Positions 21,830-34,542 of a stretch of DNA of 64,000 bases are shown here, piece after piece. This DNA is from Hypanus sabinus. Taxonomy: Eukaryota. Below the pieces are notes generated by a model. It was not told the DNA's origin. It saw only the letters and a program-made list of their open reading frames with translations, and did no database searches. Both the position numbers and the translations under genes were made by a program. Each line of letters opens with the position of its first letter. Within the stretch, counting starts at the first letter, position 1. Location of the stretch: positions 56,978,001-57,042,000 of the forward strand of contig NC_082713.1 of the NCBI RefSeq assembly GCF_030144855.1. The letters are read 5' to 3'.

Positions 21830-23370
21830 ACCATTACTAGGGAGATGTTTCTTGGGAAACTGAAAGATCTGAAGGTAGGTAAGTCAACTGGACCAGATGG
21901 TGTACACCCCAGAGTTCTGAAAGAGGTGGCTGTAGAGATTGTGGAGGCATTAGTAATGATCTTTCAAGAATCACTAGATTCTGAAATGATTCTGGAAGAC
22001 TGGAAAATTGCAAATGGCACTCCACTCTACAAGAAGGGAGAGAGACAGAAGAAAGAAAATTATAAGCCAGTTAGTCTGACCTCGGTGGTTAGGAAGACAT
22101 TGGAGTTGATTGTTAAGGATGTGGTTTTGGGGTACTCGGAGGCACATGATAAAATAGACCGTAGTCAGCATGGTTTTCTCTAGGGAAAATCTCGTCCGAC
22201 AAAATCTGCTGGAATTATTTGAAGAAATAACAAGTAGAATAGACAAGGGAGAATCAGTTGATGTTGTCTATTTGGATTTTCAAAAGTCCTTTGACAAGGT
22301 GCCACACAAGGCTGCTTAACAAGCTACAAACCCATGGTATTACAGGGATGATTCTAGCATGGATAAAGCAGTGGCTGACTGGCAGGAGCCAAAGAGTGGA
22401 TATAAAGGAAGCCTTTTTTGGTTGGCTGCTGGTGACGTGGTGTTTCACAGGGGTTTGTGTTGGGCCAGATTCTTTTTGTTATATGTTAATGATTTGGATG
22501 ATGGAATTGATGGCTTTGTTGCAAAGGCTGCAGACAATATGAAGATAGGCATAGGGGCAGGTAGTTTTGAGGAAATAGAGAGGCTACAGAAGGACTTAAG
22601 AGAATGGACAAAGACATGACAGATAGAATACAGTGCTGGGAATTGTACGGTGATGCACTTTGGTAGAAGGAATTAAAAAGTTGACTATTTTCTAAGTGGG
22701 AAAAAATGCAAAAACTGAGGCGTAAAGAGATTTGGGAGTACTTGTGCAGGATTCCCTGAAAATTAATTTGGAGGTTGTATCTGTGGCAAGAAGGGCAAAT
22801 GCAAATTTAGCATTCATTTCAAGAGGACTAGAATATAAAGGCAAGGATATAATGCTGAGACTTTATAAAGCACTGGTAAATCTTGTGAGAAGTTTTGGCC
22901 CTAATCTTAGAAAGGATGCGCTGAAACTGGAGAGGGTTCAACGGTTCACGAAAATGATTCCAGATTGGAATGGCTCTGGGTCTGTATTCACTGGAATTTA
23001 GAAGAATGAGGGATGACTTAATTGAAACTTCTCAAATGATGAAATGCATCGATAGTGGATGTGGAGAGGATATTACCTATGGTGGGAGAGCCTAGGGCCA
23101 GAGAACACGAACAGAAATGAGGAGAAATTTCTTTAGCTAGAGAATGGTGAATCTGTGTAATTCATTGCCACAGACCACTGTGGAGACCAGATCTTTTATG
23201 TACATTTAAGGCAGACGTTGATAGATTCTTGATTGGTCAGAGCAGGGATATGGGGAGAAGGCAGGATATTGGGGCTGAGAGGAAAAATGGATCAGCCATA
23301 ATAAAGTGGTGGAGCAGATTCAATGTGCCAAATGTCCTAATTCAGCTCCTATGTCTTATGGTCTTAAGGT
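21830..23370 (+). mobile_element. CR1 LINE, 5'-truncated, decayed
   Basis: KSTGPDGVHPRVLKE, WKIANGTPLYKKG, NYKPVSLTSVV, SQHGF, YVNDLDDG, ADNMKIG; ends CCTATGTCTTATGGTCTTA. Confidence 0.92.
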
Positions 23371-24375
23371 ATTACAGGAAAGATATCAGAATGGATAGTA
23401 GATTGGCAGACTGGTAGGAGACAAGGAGTGTGAATAAAGAGGGCCTATTCTGGTTGGCCAGTAACTAGTGGTGTTCCACAGGGACTGGTATTGGGACCAT
23501 TCCTTTCCATGTTGTATGTCAATGATCTGGATGATGGAATAGATGACTTTGTGGCAGATAATACGAAGATAGCTAGAGGGGCAGGGAGCATTGAGGAAGC
23601 TGGAAGTCTACAGAAGGACTTAGACAAATTGGGAGATTGGGCAAAAAAGTGGCAGATCGAATATATTGTGGGGAAGTGTATGGTTGTACATGGTGGTCAA
23701 AGAAATAAAGGCAGACTATTTTCTAAATTAGGAGAAAGTTAAAAATTCAGAGGTGCAAAAGGACTCGGGAGTCCTGGTGCAGGATTCTCTGAAGGTTAAC
23801 TTGTAGTTTGAGTTGCTGGTAAGGAAGGTAAATGCAATGTTAGCATTTGTTTTGAGAGGACTAAAATACAAGAGCAAGGACGTGATGATGAGGCTTTATA
23901 AGGCATTGGTCAGACCACACAAAGTATTGAGAGCAGTTTTGGGTACATTATCTAAGAAAGGATGCACTGGCATTGGAGACCTGTTTGATGACTCTGGGCC
24001 TGTACTTGGAAGAATGAGAGGTTGATCTCATTGAAAGCCTAATAAATATTGAAAGACTTGGGAGTGGATGTGAAGAGGGTGTTTCCTATAGTGGGTGAGT
24101 CAAGGACCAGAGGGTATAGCCTCAGAATAGAGGGATGTCTATTTAGAACAGAAATGAGGAGGCATTTCTTTAGCCAGAGGGTGGTGAATCTGTGTAATTG
24201 ATTGCCAAAGATGGCTGTGGAGGCTAAGTCCTTGAGTATTTGATAGATTCTTGGTTAGTCAGGGTACTAAAGGTTACAGGCTAAAGGCAGGAGAATGGGT
24301 AGATCAGCCATGATGGAATGGAGGAGTAGATTCAATTGGGAAAGGGTCCTAATTCTATTCCTCAGTATTTGTTTT
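23371..24375 (+). mobile_element. Second tandem CR1 LINE, 5'-truncated
   Basis: VTSGVPQGLVLGP, YVNDLDDG, KANAML-like, RLYKALVRPH, CR1 3' UTR. Confidence 0.9.
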
Positions 24376-25408
24376 AACGGTGGCATAACCCTTTAATTCT
24401 GAAAGCATAACCATGTTAGGTGATTGTTTGGCTTTTCTTTGGGTCAATTCTCACAGCTCAAGACCAACTCTCCAACTGCTTGTCATGAAAGAATATGCAG
24501 AATCAATTGAAATTTGAATTCTTTGTTAATTCTTAAATAGTATGCAGGTCACTGTGAGATAATCATTCCAGTTTAATTTCTGTTAAGTGATGGGTTTTTG
24601 TAGCCTAGTTATTAACGTATTGGAAATCCAGGAGGTAATACAGGATGGACAATAAATATTGGTCTTCTCAGTGAGATCTATGCACCATCTAGGAATAGTA
24701 AGATTATATTTTGTCATATTGGGTGGAATAATTAAAAGGCATTCTAAATCCCTGTAGGAGGTAGCATCAATTACATTGCTGTGGATCTGGAGTCACAGAA
24801 GCTCCACTAGGTAGTAGGAGAGATTACTTTAAGCTTAAAATGAAGCCAGATGGATTTATGTTTCTGGTTAAATTAATTTAATTAAAATGCTGCTCTTAGT
24901 ATGAATCAAATTGAAACTCCTCAAAACTCAGGTGATACTTGAATTTGTACCTCTGAATTGTTAATACATCTGTCTGGATTACAAGTGCAACAATTTAATC
25001 ACTATTCTAACCATCCCACGTTTTGGATATTGCTCCTCTGAATTCTAACTCCAAATAATTTGTGAACAATGGGCTCAGTACCAATTCTTGAGAAATTCCA
25101 ATTCCAATTCCAATTTTTATTTCTTTAACTAAGCATGTTTAACTCCTAATTTCTGAGCAAGAGAGAGGTGACTTAATTGAGAAACCCGAGGCAGACAAGT
25201 GGCAGAGGTGTAGTGGTAGGAAATGAGACTGGTGAGAATTACAGAACAAGGAACCAGGAAAATGTAGAGATTGGGAGAGCAGAGATCATGGAGAGATTTA
25301 AAATCCAAGGAGGGGATTTGTAAAGAGCAAACACGAGGAAATCTGCAGATGCTGGAAATTCAAACAACAACACACACAAGCCAGGCAGCATCTATAGGGA
25401 GAAGCGCT

Positions 25409-25442
25409 ATCAACGTTTCGGGCCGAGACCCTTCGTCAGGAC
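25409..25442 (-). ncRNA. Minimal type I hammerhead ribozyme motif (Penelope-associated)
   Basis: GTC-CTGACGA-A-GGGT(CTCG)GCCC-GAAAC-GTT-GAT: intact CUGANGA and GAAA cores, short stem II, palindromic ACGT stem III, NUH triplet. Confidence 0.75.
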
Positions 25443-27897
25443 TAACCGAAAGGAAAGATAGTAAGAGATTTGAAAGTAGTGGGGGGAGAGGGAAATGCAA
25501 AATGATAGGAGAAGACCGGAGGGGGTGGGATGAAGCTAAGAGCTGGAATGGTGATTGGCGAAAGTTACAGAGCTGGAGAAGGGAAAGGATCATGGGACGG
25601 GAGGCCTCAGGAGAAAGAAAAGAGTTGGTGGGGAAAGCACCAGAAGGAGATGGAGAACAGGCAAACAACTAAATATGTCAGGGATGGGGTAAGAAGGGGA
25701 GGAGGGGCATTAACGGAAGTTAGAGAAGTCAATGTTCATGCCATCAGGTTGGAGGCTACCCAGCCGGTATATAAGCTGTTGTTCCTCCAACCTGAGTTTG
25801 GATTCATTTTGACAATAGAGAAGGCCATGGACAGACATACCAGAATGGGAATGGGACGTGGAATTAAAATGTGTGGCCACTGGGAGATCCTGCTTTTTCT
25901 GGCGGACCGAGCGTAGGTGTTCAGCGAAACGGTCTCCCAGTCAGCGTCAGGTCTCACCAATATATAAAAGGCCACACTGGGAGCACCGGACCCAGTATAT
26001 CACACCAGCCGACTCACAGATGAAGTGTCGCCTCACCTGGAAGGACTGTCTGGGGCCCTGAATGGTGGTGAGGGAGGAAGTGTAAGGGCAGGTGTAGCAC
26101 TTGTTCCGTTTACAAGGATAAGTGCCAGGAGGGAGATCGGTGGGAAGGGATGGGGAGGGACGAGTGGACAAGGGAGTCGCATAGGGAGCGATCTCTGCGA
26201 AAAGCAGAATGGGGGGGGGGGCGGGGAGGGAAAAATGTGTTTGGTAGTGGGATCCCATTGGAGGTGGCGGAAGTTACGGAGAATTATATGTTGGACCTAG
26301 AGGCTGGTGGGGTGGTAGGTGAGGACAAGGGGAACCCTATTCCGAGTGGGGTGGCGGGTGGATGTTGTGAGGGCAGATGTGTGGGAAATGGGAGAGATGC
26401 GTTTTAGAGCAGAGTTGATGGTGGACGAAGGGAAACCCCCTTGTTTAAAAAAAGAAGACATCTCCTTCGTCCTGGAATGAAAAGCCTCATCCTGAGAGCA
26501 GATGCGGTGCAGACGGAGGAATTGTGAGAAGGGGATAGCCTTTTTGCAAGAGACAGGGAGGGAAGAGGAATAGTCCAGGTAGCTGTGAGAGTCTGTAGGC
26601 TTATAGTAGATAGGCCGTCTTCATTAACTTTGCCTCCAACTTTCACCCTGCCCTCAAATTTACCTGGTCCATTTCCGACACCTCCCTCCCCTTTCTTGAT
26701 CCTTCTGTCTCCATCTCTGGAGACGGCCTATCTACTATATGCCTACAGACTCTCACAGCTACCTGGACTATTCCTCTTCCCTCCCTGTCTCTTGCAAAAA
26801 GGCTATCCCCTTCTCACAATTCCTCCGTCTCCGCTGCATCTGCTCTCAGGATGAGGCTTTTCATTCCAGGACGAAGGAGATGTCTTCTTTTTTTAAACAA
26901 GGGGGTTTCCCTTCGTCCACCATCAACTCTGCTCTAAAACGCATCTCTCCCATTTCCCACACATCTGCCCTCACAACATCCACCCGCCACCCCACTCGGA
27001 ATAGGGTTCCCCTTGTCCTCACCTACCACCCCACCAGCCTCTAGGTCCAACATATAATTCTCCGTAACTTCCGCCACCTCCAATGGGATCCCACTACCAA
27101 ACACATTTTTCCCTCCCCGCCCCCCCCCCATTCTGCTTTTCGCAGAGATCGCTCCCTATGCGACTCCCTTGTCCACTCGTCCCTCCCCATCCCTTCCCAC
27201 CTATCTCCCTCCTGGCACTTATCCTTGTAAACGGAACAAGTGCTACACCTGCCCTTACATTTCCTCCCTCATCACCATTCAGGGCCCCAGACAGTCCTTC
27301 CAGGTGAGGCAACACTTCACCTGTGAGTCGGCTGGTGTGGTATACTGCGTTCGGTGCTCCCAGTGTGGCCTTTTATATATTGGTGAGACCCGACGCTGAC
27401 TGGGAGACCGTTTCGCTGAACACCTACGCTCGGTCCGCCAGAAAAGGCAGGATCTCCCAGTGGCCACACATTTTAATTCCACGTCCCATTCCCATTCTGG
27501 TATGTCTATCCATGGCCTCCCCATTGTCAAAATGAATCCAAATTCAGGTTGGAGGAACAACACCTTATATACCGGCTGGGTAGCCTCCAACCTGATGGCA
27601 TGAACATTGACTTCTCTAACTTCTGTTAATGCCCCTCCTCCCCTTCTTACCCCATCCCTGACATATTAAGTTGTTTGCCTGTTCTCCATCTCCCTCTGGT
27701 GCTTCCCCCCCCCCCCTTTTCTTTCTCCTGAGGCCTCCCATCCCATGATCCTTTCCCTTCTCCAGCTCTGTATCACTTTCGCCAAACACCTTTCCAGCTC
27801 TTAGCTTCATCCCACCCCCTCCAGTTTTCTCCTATTATTTTGCATTTCCCCCTCCCCCCACTACTTTCAAATCTCTTACTATCTTTCCTTTCGGTTA

Positions 27898-27931
27898 GTC
27901 CTGATGAAGGGCCTAGGCTCGAAACGTCAAC
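27898..27931 (+). ncRNA. Minimal type I hammerhead ribozyme motif (Penelope-associated)
   Basis: GTC-CTGATGA-A-GGGC(CTAG)GCTC-GAAAC-GTC-AAC; catalytic core intact, stem I weakened. Confidence 0.7.
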
Positions 27932-28344
27932 AGCGCTTCTCCCTATAGATGCTGCCTGGCCTGCTGTGTTCCACCAGCATTTTGTGAGGGGATTTGTAAC
28001 TGGGGTTTCAAGGCTTTAGTTCCTAAAGAGGTTCCCAAGTACAGGTTAAGGAGTGGTAGAGGACAGTATAGTGGCAGTAATTAAGTATACTGAAGATGTG
28101 GGTTTAAGAGCCAGATAATATTTTGCATAAACAGAATAGCTGGTAACACTCTTTAACTCACATCCCAAAAGGAGAGACGAGAGAATTGAGGAAACCTTTT
28201 ATGATGAATATGAGATGCAAAATGGTGATTGAATTTTCTTTTTATTCTAGTAATATCATCAAGAAACTTCAGTCTATCAATTTAGATTAACATAGGATGA
28301 TAGAAATGCCAGTTCTCTGGATACCTAAATATCATTACAGTCAA

Positions 28345-28730
28345 GAGATGGAGCTGTGCAGCACAGAAACAGGCTCTTCAGCCAACCTTCCACCCATCTA
28401 CACAATCTCATTTGCCCACCGTATTTCATATCCTTCTATACCTTGCTCCTGCATCAGTGTATCCAATTCCATCACTCCCTGGGCAGCACATTCCAGATAT
28501 CAACCACTATGTATGAAACACTTCCCATGAATTCCTTTAAAAACTCCTTCCTCGCACCTTAAATTTATGCTCTCTTGGTTTTTAAAGCCCCACCATGGGA
28601 AAAGAGGTTCTGACCATCTATCTACCCTATCGGGTTACCTCTCAGTATCCTTTGCTCCACGGAAACCAAATCCAGCTTATTCAGCATCTCCACATAGCCT
28701 AAGCCTGTGAATTTTGGCAAAATCCTGGAG
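28345..28730 (-). mobile_element. Old CR1 3' fragment
   Basis: CAGCACAGAAACAGGCTCTTCAGCC...CACCTTAAATTTATGCTCTCTTG reverse-strand CR1 tail. Confidence 0.65.
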
Positions 28731-28899
28731 AGAGGCAACTTTTTGTATTCAGCATATCAGGGAGTCAAGTATTCCCATTTTACAACTATTAAAGCTAATA
28801 TCTGCAGCCACAGGCACTGCAGTAAGTAATGTTCCAACCTATTAAAATCAACTAACAATGTAAAGAATGGACTTGAGAATCAGAGTGTGATAGCTGGAA

Positions 28900-30930
28900 G
28901 CTCAGGGGAGGTCTCCGTGTCTCAGAAGCTGTGGCTACTGAGGAGGGCCTGAAGTAAAACTGAAGCGCAGGGCTCTGAACCCACACACATACCACTCACA
29001 CACTCTTTCTCCTACCATTCTTGGGTCTCTGGAAAATAAAACTTAAGACTGCAGTACCAGAGGGACATCAGGGACTGTTGGGTACTCTCTTTCACAATGA
29101 CATAGCTTACCCAAAGCACTCGGGACATACTGTTCTACTCAAAGGGCTTCATTATCTACTGCATGGACTGGATGGTAGCATTGGTGGCATTTGCTTCAGG
29201 TTTAACTCTTCATGGCGCACAGACATGATTCACCGAACCTGGAACATCTGCCAGTCAAGTATCACCCATCTTGCCCGCTGAGGGAGTTCTCTGCAGTCAC
29301 TCTGATAGCAGTGTACATTCCCACACCTAGCAGATGTCAGGCTGGCACCGGAAGAGCTTGGTACCATAACCAGCAGTTAGAAGACTCTGCACCACGATGC
29401 ATTATCAATTATAGCGAGGGATTTCAGCCCAAGCAGTTTGAATAGTCTCAGTCCAACAAACGTGACTGGTGAAATGAAACTGTTACAGAAACAGCATTGA
29501 GGAATCCTTCTACATCCGTTTGTGACAGTATGCCTGAGAGTCCAGCTGGGACTTAGATGATTGACAATAGTGAGAACTGAGAGGAAGCTACCGCCACAAT
29601 GAAGGAGGCTGTGAACACTGCCAAGAGAGACCGGTAAAGATGGAGGACCTTCGCTGCTGCTCGAAGTGCCAGTGGCATGACGGGCAGTGAAGAAGCAAGC
29701 CTGAATAAGTCTCTTGCCAGCCACCAACACACTTGATCACTGTTAACACCACCATCAAGAACACTTACCAAGCCATTCCAGGCCCACAGTACGGCAAGCC
29801 CAATCACTCGGTTGTACTTACAAACAAGCTGGATGAACTCAGCAGGTCGGGCAGCATCCGTTGCTGCCCGACCTGCTGAGTTCATCCAGCTTGTTTGTTA
29901 TGTCTTGATTTGACCACAGCATCTGCAGTGTACTTTGTGTTTACTGGGTTGTACTTCTACTCCAGGCATATTGGCAGTGGCTGAGGATGGCAAAGGAATA
30001 GTCAATGAGAGCAAAGGACCACTTACAGGACAGCTTTTAATCAGTGCACTGGGCCAAATTCAGCAATTCATCTTCAGATCTGAATGAATATGCCACAGTA
30101 TAATTGACTTCATCAAATCCTGTGTTGATTACTCTGTACCTCCAAGAGCATATCAAATCTCCCAAAATGAACCAAGAGATTTGCAGTCTGTTGAGGGCTA
30201 GATCCATGGTATTCAAGACAATCTCTCCAGAATTCCAAGAAGTATCCAGGTATGACCTATCGAAGGCCGTTGTGAGAGTGAATCGGCAATTTCATGTGTA
30301 GTTGGACACAATTGAATGCACAACAGCTGTGGCAAGTATTACTTCCTAATAAGATGAATCCTAGCAGCACAAACGGAAATGATACTTCACTCCCTGATGA
30401 ACTCGAGAGCTTTTATACACACTTTGAAAGAAAGAATAACACCATATCAGTGTGAACCCCAGAGTATCCAACAATCTTGTGATCTCTGTCTTGGAAGCCA
30501 ATATCCAAACACCTTTCAACAGGGAGTCAGACCCTTGTATCTGTCTGGGTACTCAAAGCCTGTGCTGGCCAACTGGCTGGAGTATTCAAGGACATCTTCA
30601 ACCTCTGTCTGCTGAGATCTGAATTTCCCACCCGCCTCAAAAAGGCAACAATCACTCCTGGACTCGAGCAGCAGCATGAGATGCCTTAATAACTATCACC
30701 TGACCACACTGACATTTACTGTAATGAAGTGCTTCAGGAGGTTGGTTAGGTCTAGAATTAACTCCTGCCTAAGCAAGGACCTGGACCCGATGTAAACACC
30801 TATAGCCACAACAGGTTTACAGGAGAAAATCTCACTTGCTCTCCACTCAGCTTTGAAGCAGCTAGACAACCACGACATGTATGGCAAGCTATTGTGCATC
30901 AATTTAGAGCTTGGTGTTCAACTTCAACTA
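28900..30930 (+). mobile_element. Fragmented Rex1/Babar LINE (endonuclease to RT) interrupted by other insertions
   Basis: PLREFSAVTLIAVYIP (APE endonuclease), MKCFRRLVRSRINS...LDP (RT); interrupted at about 29450-30070. Confidence 0.65.
29820..29942 (+). mobile_element. Tiny fold-back Penelope-like insertion (near-perfect hairpin) with 14-bp TSD
   Basis: ACAAACAAGCTGGATGAACTCAGCAGGTCGGGCAGCA-loop-TGCTGCCCGACCTGCTGAGTTCATCCAGCTTGTTTGT plus CAGCATCTGCAG...TGTGTTT tail; ACTCGGTTGTACTT (29806-29819) versus ACTGGGTTGTACTT (29943-29956). Confidence 0.8.
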
Positions 30931-30932
30931 GG

Positions 30933-31230
30933 TTCATTTCAGGAGGTCAAGTTTTAAGATAGAATGTAATATTAATGGCAAGACTCTGGAATCATAATGG
31001 TAAGACTGGAGAATCAGCGAGATCTTGGGGTCCATGTTCATAGGACATTCAAACCTGCTATGCAGAATGACAGTTTTGTTAAGAAGCTGTATGGTGTGTT
31101 GGCCTTCGTCAACCATGGGATTGAGTTCAAGAGCAATGAGGTAATGTTACAGCTATACAAGACCTTAGTTAGAGCCCACTTGGACTACTTTGTTCAGTTC
31201 TGGTCACCTCACTACAGAAAAGATGTGGTT
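30933..31230 (+). mobile_element. CR1 LINE fragment
   Basis: ENQRDLGVHVH...[27 protein letters not shown]. Confidence 0.88.
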
Positions 31231-31235
31231 ACCTG

Positions 31236-32310
31236 GGGTTCAAGTTCAGTTTATTGTTATTCAACTGCACACGTATGCTACCAAATGAACATGACTTTGG
31301 TCCAAGCTGTCCAACACAGTACATATAACTCACACGCATAACGCTAAGTAATACTACCACAAACAAATTAAGAAAATAATATGGTGCATATACAAGAAGT
31401 AAATTGTATAATGCTACTGGCACTCCATGCCAGATGAGATTGTGGTGGCAGAGAGTTCTGTAGTTTTGCAGATTGAGGGAAGAAGCTTGTTCCCATCCTA
31501 ACAGTTCTTGTCTTAATGCTATGGTGCCTTCTGTCTGATGGTAGGGGTTCAGAGATTGTTGAACGGATGGAGGGATCACTGACATGCACAGCACTCCTGA
31601 TAAATGTCTCTAATGGGTGGATGAGAGACCCAATGATCCTTGCAGCACTACTCGCGATCCATTGTAGGGACTTCTGGTCAGATGGCTTACCAGACAGTGA
31701 TGCAGCTAGTCAGGTCACTCTTGATGGTGTTCCTGTAAAAATTGGGTAAAATGGGTGGGGGAGCCTCACTTGCCTCACTCTCCTCAGGAAGTGGAGACAC
31801 TGTTGGGTTTTCTTGAGGTGGTGTTGAGGCACCAGATGAGGTAGTCTATTATGTACCCTCCCAGAAAGTTGGTGCTCCTAGCTCGCTCCATGGAAGAGCC
31901 AATTATATGCAGTGAGGAGTGATCAGCCTGTACCTTCCTGAAGTCCACAATCATCTCTTCAGTCTTGTCCATGTTAAGAATCAAATTGTTGTGCTCACAC
32001 CACTCTACTATCTGTTCCACCTCCTCTCTGTATGCGGTCTTGTTGTTGTTAATGATGAGGCCAGCCACTGTTGCGTCATCAGTGAACTTGATGGTATGAT
32101 TTGAACTGGATCTAGCAATCCAGTCGTACATCAGCAGACTCTGCACACAGTCCTGGCGAGAGCCAGTGCTCACCATGATGGAGCTAGAGATGTTTCTGCC
32201 AACACAGACTGACCATGGCCTTTCTGTCAAGTCCATGATCCAGTTACAGAGGGATGTTGAGTCCCATCAAGGACAGATTACCCACCAACTTCTGAAGGAT
32301 GAGTATTAAA
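31236..32310 (-). mobile_element. Rex1/Babar LINE 3' fragment
   Basis: LTERPWSV, IKFTDDATVAGLI, YREEVEQIVEWC, KTEEMIVDFRK; tail AATAAACTGAACTTGAAC. Confidence 0.88.
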
Positions 32311-32329
32311 TGTCAAGTGTTGCTCTACT

Positions 32330-32812
32330 CTGTTAGGAGTTTCAGAAAATTTGTTATATCATCAAAGATACTCACGAAGTTCTATGGATGCATGGTGGAA
32401 AGTATTCTGACTGGTTGCATCAGAGCCTGGTTTGCAGCCTCCAACGCATAGGCTTACTAGAGGCTGCAGAAAAGTTAGTCTCGGGCAGCTCCATCACGGG
32501 CACAACCTTCACCACAATTGAAGTTATCTTTAAGAGGTGACACCTCACGAGGGATCCTCATCACCTGGGACATGCCCTGTTCCCATTACTACCCCCCAGG
32601 GAGGTGCTATAGGAGCCTAATAACTCTTACTCAAGGAATTAAGAATAGTTTCTTCCACTTAGTCAACTGATTTTAGAAAATTCCATGAACCTATGAACAC
32701 TACTCCATTTTTGCACTATTTCTGTAATTTATTGATTTCTATATATTTGTAGTGCACTGCTGCAACAAATTTCACATCATATGTCAGTGATAATAAATCC
32801 GATTCTGAATTA
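32330..32812 (+). mobile_element. Rex1/Babar LINE 3' fragment
   Basis: ESILTGCIxAW remnant, HHPGH-like, tail AATAAATCCGATTCTGA. Confidence 0.7.
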
Positions 32813-33207
32813 CCTCCACTGTACTTCTGAAAATGGTCCCACCATCATGTAGGACTTGTATTTGGAACTCATCAATATAGAATCGGGAAAAAACAAAAAC
32901 CAGATCTGTATAGCTTTAAAAAAAATTTCTAACTCCAAAACCCAATAAATAAATCATTCCACTTAAAAATTTAGATAGTGTTCTTAAGCATAGTTACAGT
33001 CAAAGGCTACTTAAACATCATGAACAAATCTTAGTTTATGGCTCTGGACAGGTATTACAAAAGCTCCAACACAGGAAATTCTTAAATTGTATAAAACAGA
33101 TCAAGTTCAGAGGAAGTTTATGGGGGGATAGCAGTTTAGTGAAGACAGTAGTGAGGAATGGACATTTAGATTAAATGTTAAAATAGTTGAATCATGAATC
33201 ATGTTCG

Positions 33208-33378
33208 TAGAACATAGAAATTTACAACACATTACAGGCCCTTCAGCCCACAATGTTGTACCAACCATGTAACTTACTCTAAGAGACTGCCTAGAATTTC
33301 CCCAGTGCATAACCCTCTATCTTTCTAAGCTCCATGTACCTATCCAAGAGTTTCTTAAAAGACCCTAATGTATCCGCA
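33208..33378 (-). mobile_element. CR1 3' tail
   Basis: AGAACATAGAAATTTACAAC...CTTAAAAGACCCTA, matches 58930-59100. Confidence 0.8.
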
Positions 33379-33882
33379 CAGAAAATTCAGACACAGGAAG
33401 ATTTGCTTATCCCAGAAGTAAAAGTTCAATACTAAATTGCTTTAACAGGTGAGAAATGTGTAACCTGAAGTTTGTTTATCAACTGTGTTCATCTTTCTTC
33501 CCCAAACCCCTCCCCATCCCAGACTTAACAGAAGTCTTTGTTTGACCAAGAGTGGAATTTCCAATTAATCCTTCTAGCTTGAATGAGTGTCACAAATTTC
33601 AAAATACACACAAATGACCTTTGAACATCAAAGAAACTCAACTGAAAGGTTCAGTCACAAATGTTTAGATACATAGGGTTCATGCTGTTCCTGGAACAAT
33701 AGCATGATCTGCAGTACTCAAGGGTTATAATACATTTGTGCACAAGCATAAATTATGTTTCTGCTGAAATCTAACAGCTGCTAGTATTATGTTTGGAACA
33801 GATGAGGCCACTTGTTACAAATTTTCCCACTTTGCATTAATAAGTTTACCACAAGCAAGACCAATAAAGAATAGAACTTGTA

Positions 33883-33888
33883 TTTATT
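33883..33888 (-). terminator. Candidate polyadenylation signal of the TMEM47-like gene
   Basis: AATAAA on the minus strand about 450 nt past the stop codon. Confidence 0.4.
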
Positions 33889-34338
33889 AGGAATAAGAGA
33901 ATTAGATGAAGTAGTAAAACAAAGGTCAAAACAATGCTGAAAACACAGAAATTAATTGCCAATTTCTGGAATAGTGCATTTACTAACATTAAGCAATCAT
34001 TGTCCAATTAGAATAATGTTTCAGCGAGATACAATATGTGCATAATAAAAGACAATCATTTCTTCTTGGAATTAACTGAACCCAAAAGCAAACTGTATAA
34101 AGGTTGCACAAGACCATTAGGAGTCATTTCTCATGACTGAAGCTTTCTCTTTTTACTTGAACCTTACGTCTTTGCTAAAAGCTGCACTTTATGAAGAATT
34201 TGTTTCTGGAATGTCTGCTGTCCATTGTGATCTTGTTCAATACTTATTCTCAAATTCATGTTTTCTAACTGTCTTTGAGCAGCAAAACCTCATCTTGCCA
34301 TTAAATCTTAAGGTTCATAAGGTCAGTAAGTACAGAAG

Positions 34339-34542
<204 letters not shown>

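Larger units (their letters stand above)
25324..27985. mobile_element. Penelope-like retroelement insertion as a 2.66-kb inverted duplication with 14-bp TSD
   Basis: Left arm (about 25328-26605) is the reverse complement of the right arm (about 26742-27985). RT C-terminus (PFLDxxVS, PTDSHSYLDYSSS, IPFSQFLRLRCICS) and GIY-YIG nuclease (GVIYxVRCSQCGLLYIGET). GAGGGGATTTGTAA at 25310-25323 and 27986-27999. Confidence 0.93.
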
